A DNA stretch of 64,000 nt. It comes from a virus. The position numbers and the translations under genes are program-made. This document shows, in pieces, positions 30,046 through 39,748 of the stretch. Each line of letters begins with the position of its first letter. Positions within the stretch are counted from its first letter, which is position 1. The DNA is taken from the UHGV virus genome UHGV-0211740; one strand, written 5' to 3'. The notes under the pieces were generated by a model that made no database searches, was not told the DNA's origin, and worked only from the letters and a program-made list of their open reading frames with translations.

Positions 30046-30626
30046 TAGGCATCTGCGAGATCGGCCTTACCTTGTACCAAATTGATCCCATCCAGAAACC
30101 CTGGTTCAGATACTTCACAGGCCTTAACCATTAACTTTTTATCCATCGTAACAGGTTTCTTCACAGTATGCTCTTTACCTGTCTTTTTGTCAAGCTTTTT
30201 CTTCTCCTCAAAAGCAAGTTCTTCAGGAAGATGACTACGAGCAAACTTTTTGGCGGTTGTCGGTGTTACTGTGTGGACCTTAAACAGGCCGTCATTTTCA
30301 CAATCTGCTAAAGCATCCCAAAGCATAACTTCGAGACCGTAAAACAGCCCAGCTAGTTCACGTGTGGCATCCCCGCGCGATCCAAATGAAAGACCTTCCA
30401 TAACCACCGTGTCGATGCCGTGTGTGTGGATATAATATCTGACCTGTTTGCAAATCCAGTCAATACGCTCAGCAGCTGTCGCAAAAGAAACCGTCCCTGG
30501 TTTCTTCTCTTTTGCAGATGAGCTTTGAGTGCGTAACACAACTTTATGAACAGGCTTTCCATCGTCCCATACAACGCAAGCTGTGTGTGTCAACGACTGG
30601 TCTATGGATAATAGACGCTCTCTCAT
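29997..30626 (-). CDS. RuvC-like Holliday junction resolvase
   Basis: N-terminal SIDQSLTHTACVVWDDG catalytic Asp region, MEG and ADAYWIG acidic positions typical of the RNase H-like RuvC fold. Confidence 0.6.
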   Translation of the reverse strand: MRERLLSIDQSLTHTACVVWDDGKPVHKVVLRTQSSSAKEKKPGTVSFATAAERIDWICKQVRYYIHTHGIDTVVMEGLSFGSRGDATRELAGLFYGLEVMLWDALADCENDGLFKVHTVTPTTAKKFARSHLPEELAFEEKKKLDKKTGKEHTVKKPVTMDKKLMVKACEVSEPGFLDGINLVQGKADLADAYWIGRAHLEGLSQSVK

Positions 30627-30955
30627 GCTTCCTCACCCTCCTCTCCTTCATCAGGAGCATAGGCCTTATCTTTGAACAGGACAAGAGAGCAAAGCTTGAC
30701 ATCTGTTTCCACACTGGTGAACATGCATAACCGCTCGCCCTCAATAAGCTCACAATCCTCTTTTAAAACAGCAGACCATACACGGTCATCTGCGTAATCA
30801 TCAGTATATAAGATGTATGAAATGGTGTCATCTTCATACAACCGCCACATACCTGTGGCAACAATAAATGTATTTTTTGTTTTAAGTGTCCCTGTTGTAT
30901 GATCATCCTCAAAAACAGCTTCCATAATTGCGTTATCTACAGCATTTTTAGTCAT
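30623..30955 (-). CDS. hypothetical protein
   Basis: 110-aa ORF. Confidence 0.4.
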   Translation of the reverse strand: MTKNAVDNAIMEAVFEDDHTTGTLKTKNTFIVATGMWRLYEDDTISYILYTDDYADDRVWSAVLKEDCELIEGERLCMFTSVETDVKLCSLVLFKDKAYAPDEGEEGEEA

Positions 30956-32094
30956 CAGATTGCTCCAACATTTCTAAGAACGTTAACAAGTTTTGTTTGA
31001 TCATTAAATGTCCGCTTCATATACAGACAGTCAAAAATTATACTCATCCATTGACCTACGGAAATTCTACGATCAATACCATTGAAGTCGGTATACTTAA
31101 CAACACCTTTCGGGAACCATTTCTTGTACTGATCGATAATAGCCACCCACATCTCCTTTGGAGTGTTGCACTGAGATAGCAGGTAGAATGCTGAGGCATC
31201 CCCGAATTTTCCTTTACCGATAAGTCCTTGATACGGCTTGATGTTATCAGCAGAGTCACCACACAGCATTTGGTATCCGAAGAACAGCATTCCGTAACCA
31301 CCAACTTCTCCATTAGGCTTCATGAAGATGTTCCCCATACCGTTATCGATCAGCATAGGAGTCTCTCTTACAAAATCTCCTTTATCGTTTCGCATGGGAT
31401 CGAACACAAGCCCAGGTAGTGTTCTTTGGTCCTTATCGATAGAGATAATAAACTTGTTGAACTTACCTGTTTTTTGGTAGTGGTTCCAACCTTCAAATTG
31501 CTGGATAGCTAACCAGTCGTCAGCCTCGATACCGTTGATCACTTGAGCATTATACTGCTTTTGGAGATACTGTCTTGCATCTCCAAGCAGCAGTGGTCGA
31601 AGAGTATTGTTACGGTTGGCTTTGTATCTTTCCGGCATTGGGAGATCTAGTCTGAAGTTACCTGTGCCTCCCAACACCCCGACACATCGATCTTCCGGAA
31701 TACCCAGGTAGTTAAGAACTGCATTTGCCTTACATTTGATTGTGTGCAAGCAGTTCTCTACAGGATCAGGCGTTTGGATATCCAAGACATCGAAATCTTC
31801 ACGTGTCCACGGAATAAACTCCTTACCAGACTTTTTACATGCGGCTTCACGGTTGGTATTCTCAGCTTTTAACCAACCACCAACGGTGTTCTTCTGCCGC
31901 CCCCAGAACTCTGTTCGTGTTTTAAACATCTTCTTACGTCCGGAGGCTTTGTGTGTTACCTCAATTGTCCTTTTTTCACAACTTGCCGCAGCTTGATATG
32001 CAACCTGGTCGAAGTCATAATAGACTATAGCGTCAGGTTCGAGAAGATCAGCAAGACAATCTACAGATTCAATAAGTGGATATTCTCTACTCAA
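30955..32094 (-). CDS. 5-prime to 3-prime exonuclease / flap endonuclease
   Basis: GIEADDW and GDSADNI motifs characteristic of the FEN / T5 D15 / T4 RNase H family. Confidence 0.7.
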   Translation of the reverse strand: MSREYPLIESVDCLADLLEPDAIVYYDFDQVAYQAAASCEKRTIEVTHKASGRKKMFKTRTEFWGRQKNTVGGWLKAENTNREAACKKSGKEFIPWTREDFDVLDIQTPDPVENCLHTIKCKANAVLNYLGIPEDRCVGVLGGTGNFRLDLPMPERYKANRNNTLRPLLLGDARQYLQKQYNAQVINGIEADDWLAIQQFEGWNHYQKTGKFNKFIISIDKDQRTLPGLVFDPMRNDKGDFVRETPMLIDNGMGNIFMKPNGEVGGYGMLFFGYQMLCGDSADNIKPYQGLIGKGKFGDASAFYLLSQCNTPKEMWVAIIDQYKKWFPKGVVKYTDFNGIDRRISVGQWMSIIFDCLYMKRTFNDQTKLVNVLRNVGAI

Positions 32095-32395
32095 AGCCCC
32101 TCCTGTTAGTTATTCTGCAAGATGGTTGGATGCTATAATGAAATGCATCATCACTCTCTGCGATAAGTGACTCAACATCCCAATACTTTTCAAAAAGGAA
32201 CGGATTAGAACCCCAGTGGTGTGTTATTTTCATCAGAGAGTCTGGTATAAGGTAGCCACAGATCTTAACTACATCACCAGGTTGAATTGTGTTTTCATGA
32301 AGGTTGTTTGCCTTCTTCAGAATCATACCTTTGTGATTCTCATTTGCATACAACTGGACAATATCTTTATCTTCAACAATAAAAATTTTAAGCAT
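32087..32395 (-). CDS. hypothetical protein
   Basis: 102-aa ORF. Confidence 0.4.
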   Translation of the reverse strand: MLKIFIVEDKDIVQLYANENHKGMILKKANNLHENTIQPGDVVKICGYLIPDSLMKITHHWGSNPFLFEKYWDVESLIAESDDAFHYSIQPSCRITNRRGFE

Positions 32396-32454
32396 ACCTG
32401 GTTCTCCTAGTTAATAAATAGTTAATTGATAATATCAGATTAGAGGCTCATTTG

Positions 32455-32748
32455 TCAAGACTTTTTGGTCTTTCTTGGAGAGCTTTTTGTTGATCTTTTC
32501 CTCTTGTGGTAAATTCCAAGTGCAGCATTTTCTTGGGCACACGTTTTAACAGTTTTTAGATCAGAGCTTTCAGCTCTGGACAGATTAAGCTCCCACCAAC
32601 CCAGCCAGTAAAGTTCTGATTCCGACAACTGCTCAGATTCAGCCTTCCGGTACAAGGCTTGCATCCCTCTGATGATATCGTCAAGAGGTGTATCGAATAC
32701 AAAAGCTGTCTTATCAAATTTCTCTTTTACAGGTTTCTTAGCCATCAA
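32455..32748 (-). CDS. hypothetical protein with basic C-terminus
   Basis: 97-aa ORF. Confidence 0.35.
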   Translation of the reverse strand: MMAKKPVKEKFDKTAFVFDTPLDDIIRGMQALYRKAESEQLSESELYWLGWWELNLSRAESSDLKTVKTCAQENAALGIYHKRKRSTKSSPRKTKKS

Positions 32749-33241
32749 GGTAACCCTCTATCCACGAAAAGTCAGTCTTCCATTCTGGAACTTTACTAAG
32801 CTCGCGCCACTCTGCAAAGCAGTCTCGGTAATAAGCTTCTGCCATACCCTTAGTGATTTTATTCACCTTAGCCAACTGATTAACTGCCTGAGCATACTTT
32901 CCACGAATATTTGCTAACCCTGGATGCACCGATGTGTGACAATCTGGGCACAACGCTATCAGCCCGACAAGCCGGATCACTCCATCTTCGAAAGTGTAAA
33001 GTTCATGACACTCAACTGGGTGTTTGCTGCCTTTACCGCCGCACACCTCACAAGTATAGTTGGCTTCTCTGTAGCACTTCTTACGGATCTTATCCCACTC
33101 ACTCTTCTTCACAGCGTTTCTGAGGTTATTATACCAAGCTGTTTCCGGGATCAGTTGCACAATAAGCCTGCGTTCAGACTTCATTAAACGTCCGTCTTCC
33201 ATCAGCCCTCCAATTTGACCATACAATGACCATCTTTCCAC
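32738..33241 (-). CDS. HNH endonuclease
   Basis: CEVCGGKGSKHPVECHE and CPDCH Zn/HNH motifs. Confidence 0.55.
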   Translation of the reverse strand: MERWSLYGQIGGLMEDGRLMKSERRLIVQLIPETAWYNNLRNAVKKSEWDKIRKKCYREANYTCEVCGGKGSKHPVECHELYTFEDGVIRLVGLIALCPDCHTSVHPGLANIRGKYAQAVNQLAKVNKITKGMAEAYYRDCFAEWRELSKVPEWKTDFSWIEGYLDG

Positions 33242-33420
33242 TTAGAAATCGATCTTTCGCCATTAGAGTAATAAACTTCAAGCTTAGCACGGTCATTCTT
33301 GATCTGTATGACCTTCGCTGTTTCTAGGGAACCATAACCGTAGTATACTGCAACAGTATCTCCCACATACACTGCACTCCCACGATAATCGTGAATATAA
33401 TCAGTGCCTTCTAAAGCCAT
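33202..33420 (-). CDS. hypothetical protein
   Basis: 72-aa ORF. Confidence 0.35.
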   Translation of the reverse strand: MALEGTDYIHDYRGSAVYVGDTVAVYYGYGSLETAKVIQIKNDRAKLEVYYSNGERSISKWKDGHCMVKLEG

Positions 33421-33430
33421 ATTACCACCC

Positions 33431-33637
33431 TTATTCGAAGAAGTGAGTCCGAGGACAAGATCCAGCCTCGCCTTGTTTCACAAGCTCGTAGAGCTCACCT
33501 TGGCTTGTTTCATAAAGGCAAATACGTTTACCATTGTCCCGATATACATCTACAAGATACGCTGTTTCACCTGCAAACACGACACCACAGGCAAAGCATG
33601 CTGCCATGAATAAAATTGCCAACAGAAAATCTTTCAT
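33431..33637 (-). CDS. small secreted protein or lipoprotein
   Basis: N-terminal signal-like AILFMAACFACG. Confidence 0.35.
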   Translation of the reverse strand: MKDFLLAILFMAACFACGVVFAGETAYLVDVYRDNGKRICLYETSQGELYELVKQGEAGSCPRTHFFE

Positions 33638-33700
33638 GGTTAAACTCTCCTTAACATTTTACTGGGTAACAATACCACATCCGTGTGGTCATGTCAATGA

Positions 33701-34171
33701 TTAATCCAGGACAACACCGCCTGACTTTTTAAACACCTCGATCAACTTTTCGATCTTCTGTTCGTGCTGACCATACCCTGCACCAGGAAGGCTTGCCCAT
33801 CGGGATCTGCAAAGATGGATGGCCTGATGAATACGACCTTCATCGATATCATCGAGCGCCTTGCACTCACGGATCAATTGTAGTGCGATCTTATCCTGAC
33901 TGGCAGGGCCAAAATCTGGTAATCCTAACTGTTTCATATAGTGTTTAGCAAACTTCTCCAAAACTTGGTAGCGCCCCGCAGCAGAGGAGGTAAGTTTAGC
34001 ATTTAGCTTAACGTACACACCTGGATGCTTACTGTAATCGCTAAACAGCTTGCCACCGACTATGACATCATAGCCCCGATCCTTGGTAGGTTGTCTACCA
34101 TTATCTGTACCTTCTGAATATGCGATCATATCTAAGAAAGCTTTTCGTTGAACATTTTTATCAAGTTTCAT
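33701..34171 (-). CDS. endolysin, lambda R-like lytic transglycosylase
   Basis: 156 aa near-collinear with lambda R: QRKAFLDM..SEGTDNGRQ..GYDVIVGG..WASLPGAGYGQ. Confidence 0.85.
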   Translation of the reverse strand: MKLDKNVQRKAFLDMIAYSEGTDNGRQPTKDRGYDVIVGGKLFSDYSKHPGVYVKLNAKLTSSAAGRYQVLEKFAKHYMKQLGLPDFGPASQDKIALQLIRECKALDDIDEGRIHQAIHLCRSRWASLPGAGYGQHEQKIEKLIEVFKKSGGVVLD

Positions 34172-34295
34172 TTTTCATACTCTCCAATTTACTCATAACT
34201 AACCCGATCAACAACACTGCATAATGTGGTTATGTAGGTGCCAATTGAAAAACCATCATTCAATTGGCTACCGTTACCTACTAAACCTTCCTACA

Positions 34296-35579
34296 TCATT
34301 CCAGAACCTCCCAAGTGTCAGGGTTAACATTTCGGACGCAGATGCCGACAGGGAATTGGTAGTTGTTGTCTTCTGTCCTTGCTTGATATTTGAAGGTGAC
34401 AAACTTGCCGATCATTTCCTGCATCCTGTCATAGCTACGCTCCTCGTGCGTGCCTTTCATCTTCATTTTAACAACGATACCTTCCTTGTCAACGCAGATA
34501 AGAACACCTTCATCATTCTTATCTTTCTCAACGTCAATAACTTTCACCTCAGCATCGTTGAACTTTTTCCATTTCAATGCTTCAGATGTTCGCTGACCAT
34601 ATTCATATTTACCGCAGAAGTTACGCATGATAGTACCTTCATATCCTTCTGACATGAATACACCAACAGATTCTTCGCAATGATCAACTGTGTACGCAAG
34701 CTCTGCGTCAACAACCTTGATATGGTCAAGCATCAGAGTGGTAATGGTATCTTCTGCATCCATAAGGTCCTTGCATCTTCCAGATTCTGTTTCCGGATCC
34801 CACCATACCTTGTCACTAGGGATGTCGAAAATATGATACTCTAAGTCATAGCTACAGTACCCTCCGTAACGCAAATCATCACGAACAGGCTCAACATCAA
34901 CAGGAATATCTACCTTATTGAAGTTTTTGTATGTTGATAAGCCTGCCTTAATTGCGGCATGACGGCGTTTTTTATCTGCCTCGTAGTCTTTATCTATCTC
35001 GGCCTGAATCTCTTCCTGTGTGCGCCACCGTTTAGCAAGAGACACTATTTTCTGCAGAGGCAGACCATGAATATAGATCTCTCCGTCGAGCTGTTTAATC
35101 CCGGTGGTGAAGTGGAAAGAACGAAGTTGCTCCAGAAGCTTTCCTTGAATAGGGTAGGACTTATTACCACGGGAAATAAATTTAGGCTCACCGTTTTGGA
35201 AAACAACCAGTAGACGAAGGCCATCTAACTTACGCAAGATCCAGCAAGGTAATTTAAGTGCCTTTCCACGCTTCAGGTAGTCATGCATCAGCATGGGTAA
35301 AAGGTCAACCCCCTGCTCGCAATCTTCCATATTTTCAACATACCCCAGACGGACTTGTTTTTCCCACTTACTGATCGCTTCCAGCTCAGCCTGTTGCTCA
35401 GCTGTAGTTTCATTGGCACGGCCCACGTTCTTAGGTGTGCAGATCGTCTCTTTGTATTGCAGTTTACCATCAAGCTTGCCAAACTCTACGATAACCTTAT
35501 CACCATCCGTGAATACTTTCCACTGTTGGTAGCTGCCATCTTTGTTCAGTGCGTACAGTGTTGTTTTGATCTGATGCAT
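34296..35579 (-). CDS. ATP-dependent DNA ligase
   Basis: Nucleotidyltransferase motif I KLDGLR, motif IV EGYEGTIM, motif V LKWKKF. Confidence 0.75.
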   Translation of the reverse strand: MHQIKTTLYALNKDGSYQQWKVFTDGDKVIVEFGKLDGKLQYKETICTPKNVGRANETTAEQQAELEAISKWEKQVRLGYVENMEDCEQGVDLLPMLMHDYLKRGKALKLPCWILRKLDGLRLLVVFQNGEPKFISRGNKSYPIQGKLLEQLRSFHFTTGIKQLDGEIYIHGLPLQKIVSLAKRWRTQEEIQAEIDKDYEADKKRRHAAIKAGLSTYKNFNKVDIPVDVEPVRDDLRYGGYCSYDLEYHIFDIPSDKVWWDPETESGRCKDLMDAEDTITTLMLDHIKVVDAELAYTVDHCEESVGVFMSEGYEGTIMRNFCGKYEYGQRTSEALKWKKFNDAEVKVIDVEKDKNDEGVLICVDKEGIVVKMKMKGTHEERSYDRMQEMIGKFVTFKYQARTEDNNYQFPVGICVRNVNPDTWEVLE

Positions 35580-35848
35580 TACTCAGCCTCTTCCTTAAAA
35601 ATTTTAAACATCTCTTCTTTGCTCATTACCAACCAGTCTCCCATAAAGTCAACTAACCAATCCCCTTGGTACAAGACCAGGTTACCAAACGGCTCGACAA
35701 GCTCACACATGCGAAGAATATCTCTGGTCCGAACAGGTGACGGTGTAAACACACCTGTATCAATCCACCGTTGCAGATCAGATACTGATGAAGAGCTTCC
35801 GTCAAACTGGTGTGCTTCTACAGGTTTAGCAAGATTAAATAACGGCAT
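35579..35848 (-). CDS. hypothetical protein
   Basis: 89-aa ORF. Confidence 0.4.
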   Translation of the reverse strand: MPLFNLAKPVEAHQFDGSSSSVSDLQRWIDTGVFTPSPVRTRDILRMCELVEPFGNLVLYQGDWLVDFMGDWLVMSKEEMFKIFKEEAE

Positions 35849-36143
35849 TGCAGTCCTCCTTCTCTAATAGGTCTTTTATCGGGTAAACAAGTAGGTGTGG
35901 ATCGTAATAATTTATAGTTTTATTCTGCCACACTATGAACTTAATTACAACTAAATTTACCACATCTTTATCTCCATGTAGTCCAACACACAGATTTGTC
36001 CATATTTTGTGGTTGAAGACCTTACTGTCGATGTAGATCTTAGTGTCAAACTTATCCTCTATCCTGCCTATAAGTTTAACCAATTCTTTCATCTGATCCC
36101 CAAACACAGCATCGTTTTCAAGATACCTAGAGTGCTTGTACAT
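35835..36143 (-). CDS. hypothetical protein
   Basis: 102-aa ORF. Confidence 0.4.
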   Translation of the reverse strand: MYKHSRYLENDAVFGDQMKELVKLIGRIEDKFDTKIYIDSKVFNHKIWTNLCVGLHGDKDVVNLVVIKFIVWQNKTINYYDPHLLVYPIKDLLEKEDCNAVI

Positions 36144-36206
36144 AACTAACTACCTCACTTTCCTACTTTCCACAACAGATAAAGCCGGGTGACCCCGGCT
36201 ATGTTG

Positions 36207-36920
36207 TTAAATATACTCTGTTACATCCTTGAAGCTTGAAGGCTTCATAATCTTACCTTTGCTGTCAAGGAAGATGATAACCTTATTACCGTTGTAGAAT
36301 TCTTCTTTAGCAACAAAACCTTCATATCTACCATCGAAGCGTCGCTCAAGATCTTTAATCTCTAACTCTACAAGTTGTTCAACAGGCATATCTGCACTGG
36401 CACCGTGTGAATACCGTAGATGGTTGACCCGTGCAAACTTGCTGTCATTAGATTTGAGAACCTTCCGCATCATCCCGCACACATCACCGCGAAGCTGGAA
36501 TAGCAAAGCTGTTGACAACTCCGCCAGGCGGTAAGCAGAAGCTTTTTGCTTGGAGGTGTTTTTTGCAGCGATCAGTGTGTCATAGAACTCACCGATCTTA
36601 AACTTAAGACCTCGCGGATTATCAAACAGGTTTGACCACTTTTCATGATTATCATTAACAAGATAAGCGGCATAGCTTGTAACAACATGAAGATCGCAGG
36701 CCTCTTTTAGCAGATGATCTCCACCATCACCTTTCTCCAGCTCTTCCAAAACCTCATTAAACTCTTCCTCAATGAAGCTAAGTTGTAATTCGAATGGTGT
36801 GTATGATTTTTTCACTTTAGCTGCCACACGGTTCCAGTTTTCCACCCAGTTGGCAGACCAAAGGTAGTTTTCAGGTTGGGACAGTTTTTCCAGATTGTCA
36901 ATTAACTTAGTATTCAGCAT
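36207..36920 (-). CDS. hypothetical protein, possible MazG-like nucleotide pyrophosphohydrolase
   Basis: 237 aa; acidic helix FIEEEFNEVLEELEK resembles the metal-binding EExxE motif of all-alpha NTP pyrophosphatases; weak. Confidence 0.3.
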   Translation of the reverse strand: MLNTKLIDNLEKLSQPENYLWSANWVENWNRVAAKVKKSYTPFELQLSFIEEEFNEVLEELEKGDGGDHLLKEACDLHVVTSYAAYLVNDNHEKWSNLFDNPRGLKFKIGEFYDTLIAAKNTSKQKASAYRLAELSTALLFQLRGDVCGMMRKVLKSNDSKFARVNHLRYSHGASADMPVEQLVELEIKDLERRFDGRYEGFVAKEEFYNGNKVIIFLDSKGKIMKPSSFKDVTEYI

Positions 36921-36933
36921 TAAAGGTCTCCTT

Positions 36934-37695
36934 TTAAAGTTCCATGAAGTTTTCTACAGTTTCAATCAATGTTTTATCAGAGAAAGCGTCAACCGCACCG
37001 TTAAACCAAACAGGAATGCCGCGATCCTCATACTGGTAAATGTCACTACGTGAAATGCCATTCTCCTCCAAATGCTGTGAGTCATATTTGTTAACAATCA
37101 ACAGCTTAGTTCCCTTGTTACAGGCAGGGAACAGCTCCCAGTTAAAATTGATAACTGTGTTTGAGCACCCTACAAGGATAACCATATCATTGCTTGTCAG
37201 AGAAGTCAACAGATCATACATGTCTGTATACTTTGGAGCAACTTCTCCGAAGAACACCACATTAGGCTTAACCCAAATATACTCGCCTGCATCTACCTCC
37301 GAATACCCAATGTCTTTAATGACATTGCTTCCTTCATCGTCCTCATAGACTATTTCTGGCAAATACCCGTGGACATGTAAAATATCTTCATGTTTTACAC
37401 CAGCACGCTCTAGCAAATCATCTACATTGGTGGTCAGGTTGATCACACGACCAGACCAACGAGAATACCACTCTGCGATCCGGAGATGTGCAAGATTAGG
37501 CTCAACACTGCCCAAAGCTATACGCCGTGCATTGTAAAAGTCATGCACCTTATAATAGTTCTTGGCAAAGGTGTGGATGTTACACACCTCATCGATGCTG
37601 AAATTCTCCCACATTGCAGTGCTACCAGATCGAAAGGTGGGGATACCGGATTCAGCACTCAAGCCAGCACCAGAGATAACAATCAGTCGTCGCAT
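36934..37695 (-). CDS. Sir2-family NAD-dependent protein (sirtuin-like)
   Basis: N-terminal GAGLSAESGIPTFR Rossmann motif and downstream HG catalytic dyad; no Zn-binding Cys pairs. Confidence 0.75.
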   Translation of the reverse strand: MRRLIVISGAGLSAESGIPTFRSGSTAMWENFSIDEVCNIHTFAKNYYKVHDFYNARRIALGSVEPNLAHLRIAEWYSRWSGRVINLTTNVDDLLERAGVKHEDILHVHGYLPEIVYEDDEGSNVIKDIGYSEVDAGEYIWVKPNVVFFGEVAPKYTDMYDLLTSLTSNDMVILVGCSNTVINFNWELFPACNKGTKLLIVNKYDSQHLEENGISRSDIYQYEDRGIPVWFNGAVDAFSDKTLIETVENFMEL

Positions 37696-37703
37696 AGGTG
37701 TCC

Positions 37704-38051
37704 TCAGTAAATGTTCTGTTTAATCTCTATTCCAAACTTTTTGAACGAATCTGCAGCAAGCATAAATTTACGAGCTGCCGATGGGTTAGAAGTATGCACG
37801 AAAATCTTCACGTTGTCAACCACAGGTGGCTTGCCAAATACAAATAGCTCTTCCAGTCTCAATAAAACAGCATATCCGTCTTGATCAGAGTCTTCACCCA
37901 AATCGTGGTCAAAGAACCACTCTGTCACTCTTCGATACATTTTAGCAGAATTATTAAGAAACTCCATAGCCTCTTGTGAGGTTTTAAACCAAATTGCATC
38001 TGCCTGTCCGTAGTCAGCTGGGTTACGCAAATCATCTATCCAAACTTTCAT
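37704..38051 (-). CDS. hypothetical protein
   Basis: 115-aa ORF immediately upstream of the Sir2 gene. Confidence 0.4.
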   Translation of the reverse strand: MKVWIDDLRNPADYGQADAIWFKTSQEAMEFLNNSAKMYRRVTEWFFDHDLGEDSDQDGYAVLLRLEELFVFGKPPVVDNVKIFVHTSNPSAARKFMLAADSFKKFGIEIKQNIY

Positions 38052-38059
38052 ACATACCT

Positions 38060-38668
38060 CTAAAAATTTTCTATCGGTGTTTTTGAAGATAAAGCTAAAA
38101 CTATCTTATTCTCAATTCTTCGTAATCCTAATAGCAACCTACTATCATCTACAGTTTTAATCAAGTCTCTAAGAAGTTGCAGTTTACATTCTAAGTATCT
38201 CATGTGTGCCTCAATCTGCGTGGGGAAGGTTCCAAGATAAACCTGCGTGTCCTTAACCCCATCTTTGCAATAGGCAGCAAAAGATGGGCCTTTTCTTCTT
38301 ACTCCCATCAAACACTCCCCTCTTTGCGGCATCCTTGCTACAAAGAAGTTGTTTATTTCCCGGGGAACAAAAATACACGCTTCTGGGCAGTATATAAGAT
38401 TATTCTCGAAGAGAATATCTTTATCTAAAAATTTATCCCGCCAATCTTGTTTTTCCATCCAACGCTTGAAGTTGCTGAAGATTTTCCATTCTTCACAAAC
38501 TTCTACCATAGCATAAGCTTCAAATTTCTTGTTTTTAAGGTAGCACCTCCCTAGCATATTTGACCACGTCATATAAAAAGGACACATTATTCTCTTTCCA
38601 GTATCCTTGTCCAAAACCCTGACAGGATAGTCTGCATCATTAACACCAACACCATGTACAAGTTTCAT
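38060..38668 (-). CDS. putative homing-endonuclease-like protein with AP2-type DNA-binding segment
   Basis: YLGTFPTQIEAHMRY resembles the AP2 domain found in phage HNH homing endonucleases; weak. Confidence 0.35.
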   Translation of the reverse strand: MKLVHGVGVNDADYPVRVLDKDTGKRIMCPFYMTWSNMLGRCYLKNKKFEAYAMVEVCEEWKIFSNFKRWMEKQDWRDKFLDKDILFENNLIYCPEACIFVPREINNFFVARMPQRGECLMGVRRKGPSFAAYCKDGVKDTQVYLGTFPTQIEAHMRYLECKLQLLRDLIKTVDDSRLLLGLRRIENKIVLALSSKTPIENF

Positions 38669-38712
38669 ACAGACCTCTTAAGCTGAAATGATTAAAAAGA
38701 ACTTCCCCTTCT

Positions 38713-39669
38713 TCATTGCATATAGTCCTCGTTGTGGAAATAGTAGTCAAGTATCTCACGACGTTCCTGCTCAAGGAGGCAGTTCCACACATCCTCTGTG
38801 TAGTTGTTACGAATGAAGTTTACCATGCCATAAAACTCTTCGTCAATACGTTTAAAGATATCCTCATCCCAAATCTTCCAAGCTCTCCCTCTCATTACGG
38901 CCTTCCGTGCCAGGTAGTATGGAGATTTGATCTTCAACTGCAGGTCATAAGGGTAGTAAGGATTACGGATCATGTACCCTTCGCCCCTTGTTTCTGCAGC
39001 TAATTCTTTTGCATAGCTGAACGGAATTTCACGCACAGTGTGAGGACGTTTTGCACCAAGATACTTGGCAATACCGTCTAAAGCCGCTTCTGGTAGCATT
39101 ATTCCAGAATCATTGTATCTACAACCTATCAAATACGCACCATGATCCTCATGAACAATATGCGGGTCTGAAGGGTGACAAATTTCAAACATAAATGTCA
39201 TGTTTTCATGGCCCATAACCTTCTTGATAAGATCTAAATTGCCACATTGCTCCTGAATGGTTTCCTTTGCAAGGTTACAATATGGAGAATCAAGAGACCC
39301 AGTCGTTGAGAATAATAGTTCACCTTTATGAGAGGATACCACGCCAAGGAACCCGTTCTTTTTCTCTACAGCCGTCACAAGCTTATTGTCAGGTAGGTTG
39401 GTTGAGTTTTCTCCCAAGTTAAACACTTTTGTGAAGGGCCATGCCACAACATTCCCCTCGTTACCGACAACAATGCCTCGGCACTCCAGTAGACGCGGAG
39501 AAAAATGCCATAAATTGTTGTAGAATACTTTTCTGGCATATTTGTAGATCTTTAATCCGAGATCTGGATAATACCGACTGGTTACAAGACCTTTATCCAC
39601 TAAATCATCTGCATTAAAATACTTCATCATGCGTTCCTCATTTGTCATTTTGTTCCACAATCTTCCCAC
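38713..39669 (-). CDS. RNA ligase, Rnl1 (T4 RnlA) family
   Basis: LLECRGIVV, KVFNLGEN, motif I VEKKNGF, motif IV EGYMIR and motif V LKIKS line up with T4 Rnl1. Confidence 0.75.
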   Translation of the reverse strand: MGRLWNKMTNEERMMKYFNADDLVDKGLVTSRYYPDLGLKIYKYARKVFYNNLWHFSPRLLECRGIVVGNEGNVVAWPFTKVFNLGENSTNLPDNKLVTAVEKKNGFLGVVSSHKGELLFSTTGSLDSPYCNLAKETIQEQCGNLDLIKKVMGHENMTFMFEICHPSDPHIVHEDHGAYLIGCRYNDSGIMLPEAALDGIAKYLGAKRPHTVREIPFSYAKELAAETRGEGYMIRNPYYPYDLQLKIKSPYYLARKAVMRGRAWKIWDEDIFKRIDEEFYGMVNFIRNNYTEDVWNCLLEQERREILDYYFHNEDYMQ

Positions 39670-39748
39670 ACAAACAGTATCATGTCAACACTTGAAATGC
39701 TCAAAAGAACACGGTATACTGTCGTTAAAATTAAAACGGAGGGTCGCT

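Noticed and set aside
35355-35867. 170-aa plus-strand ORF overlapping the DNA ligase gene and downstream ORFs
   Set aside because: Antisense to a motif-supported ligase; low-complexity translation.
39629-39748. Upstream extension of the P-loop kinase ORF
   Set aside because: The extension overlaps the 5-prime end of the divergent RNA ligase gene and lacks an RBS; the ATG at 39749 follows a GGAGGG Shine-Dalgarno.
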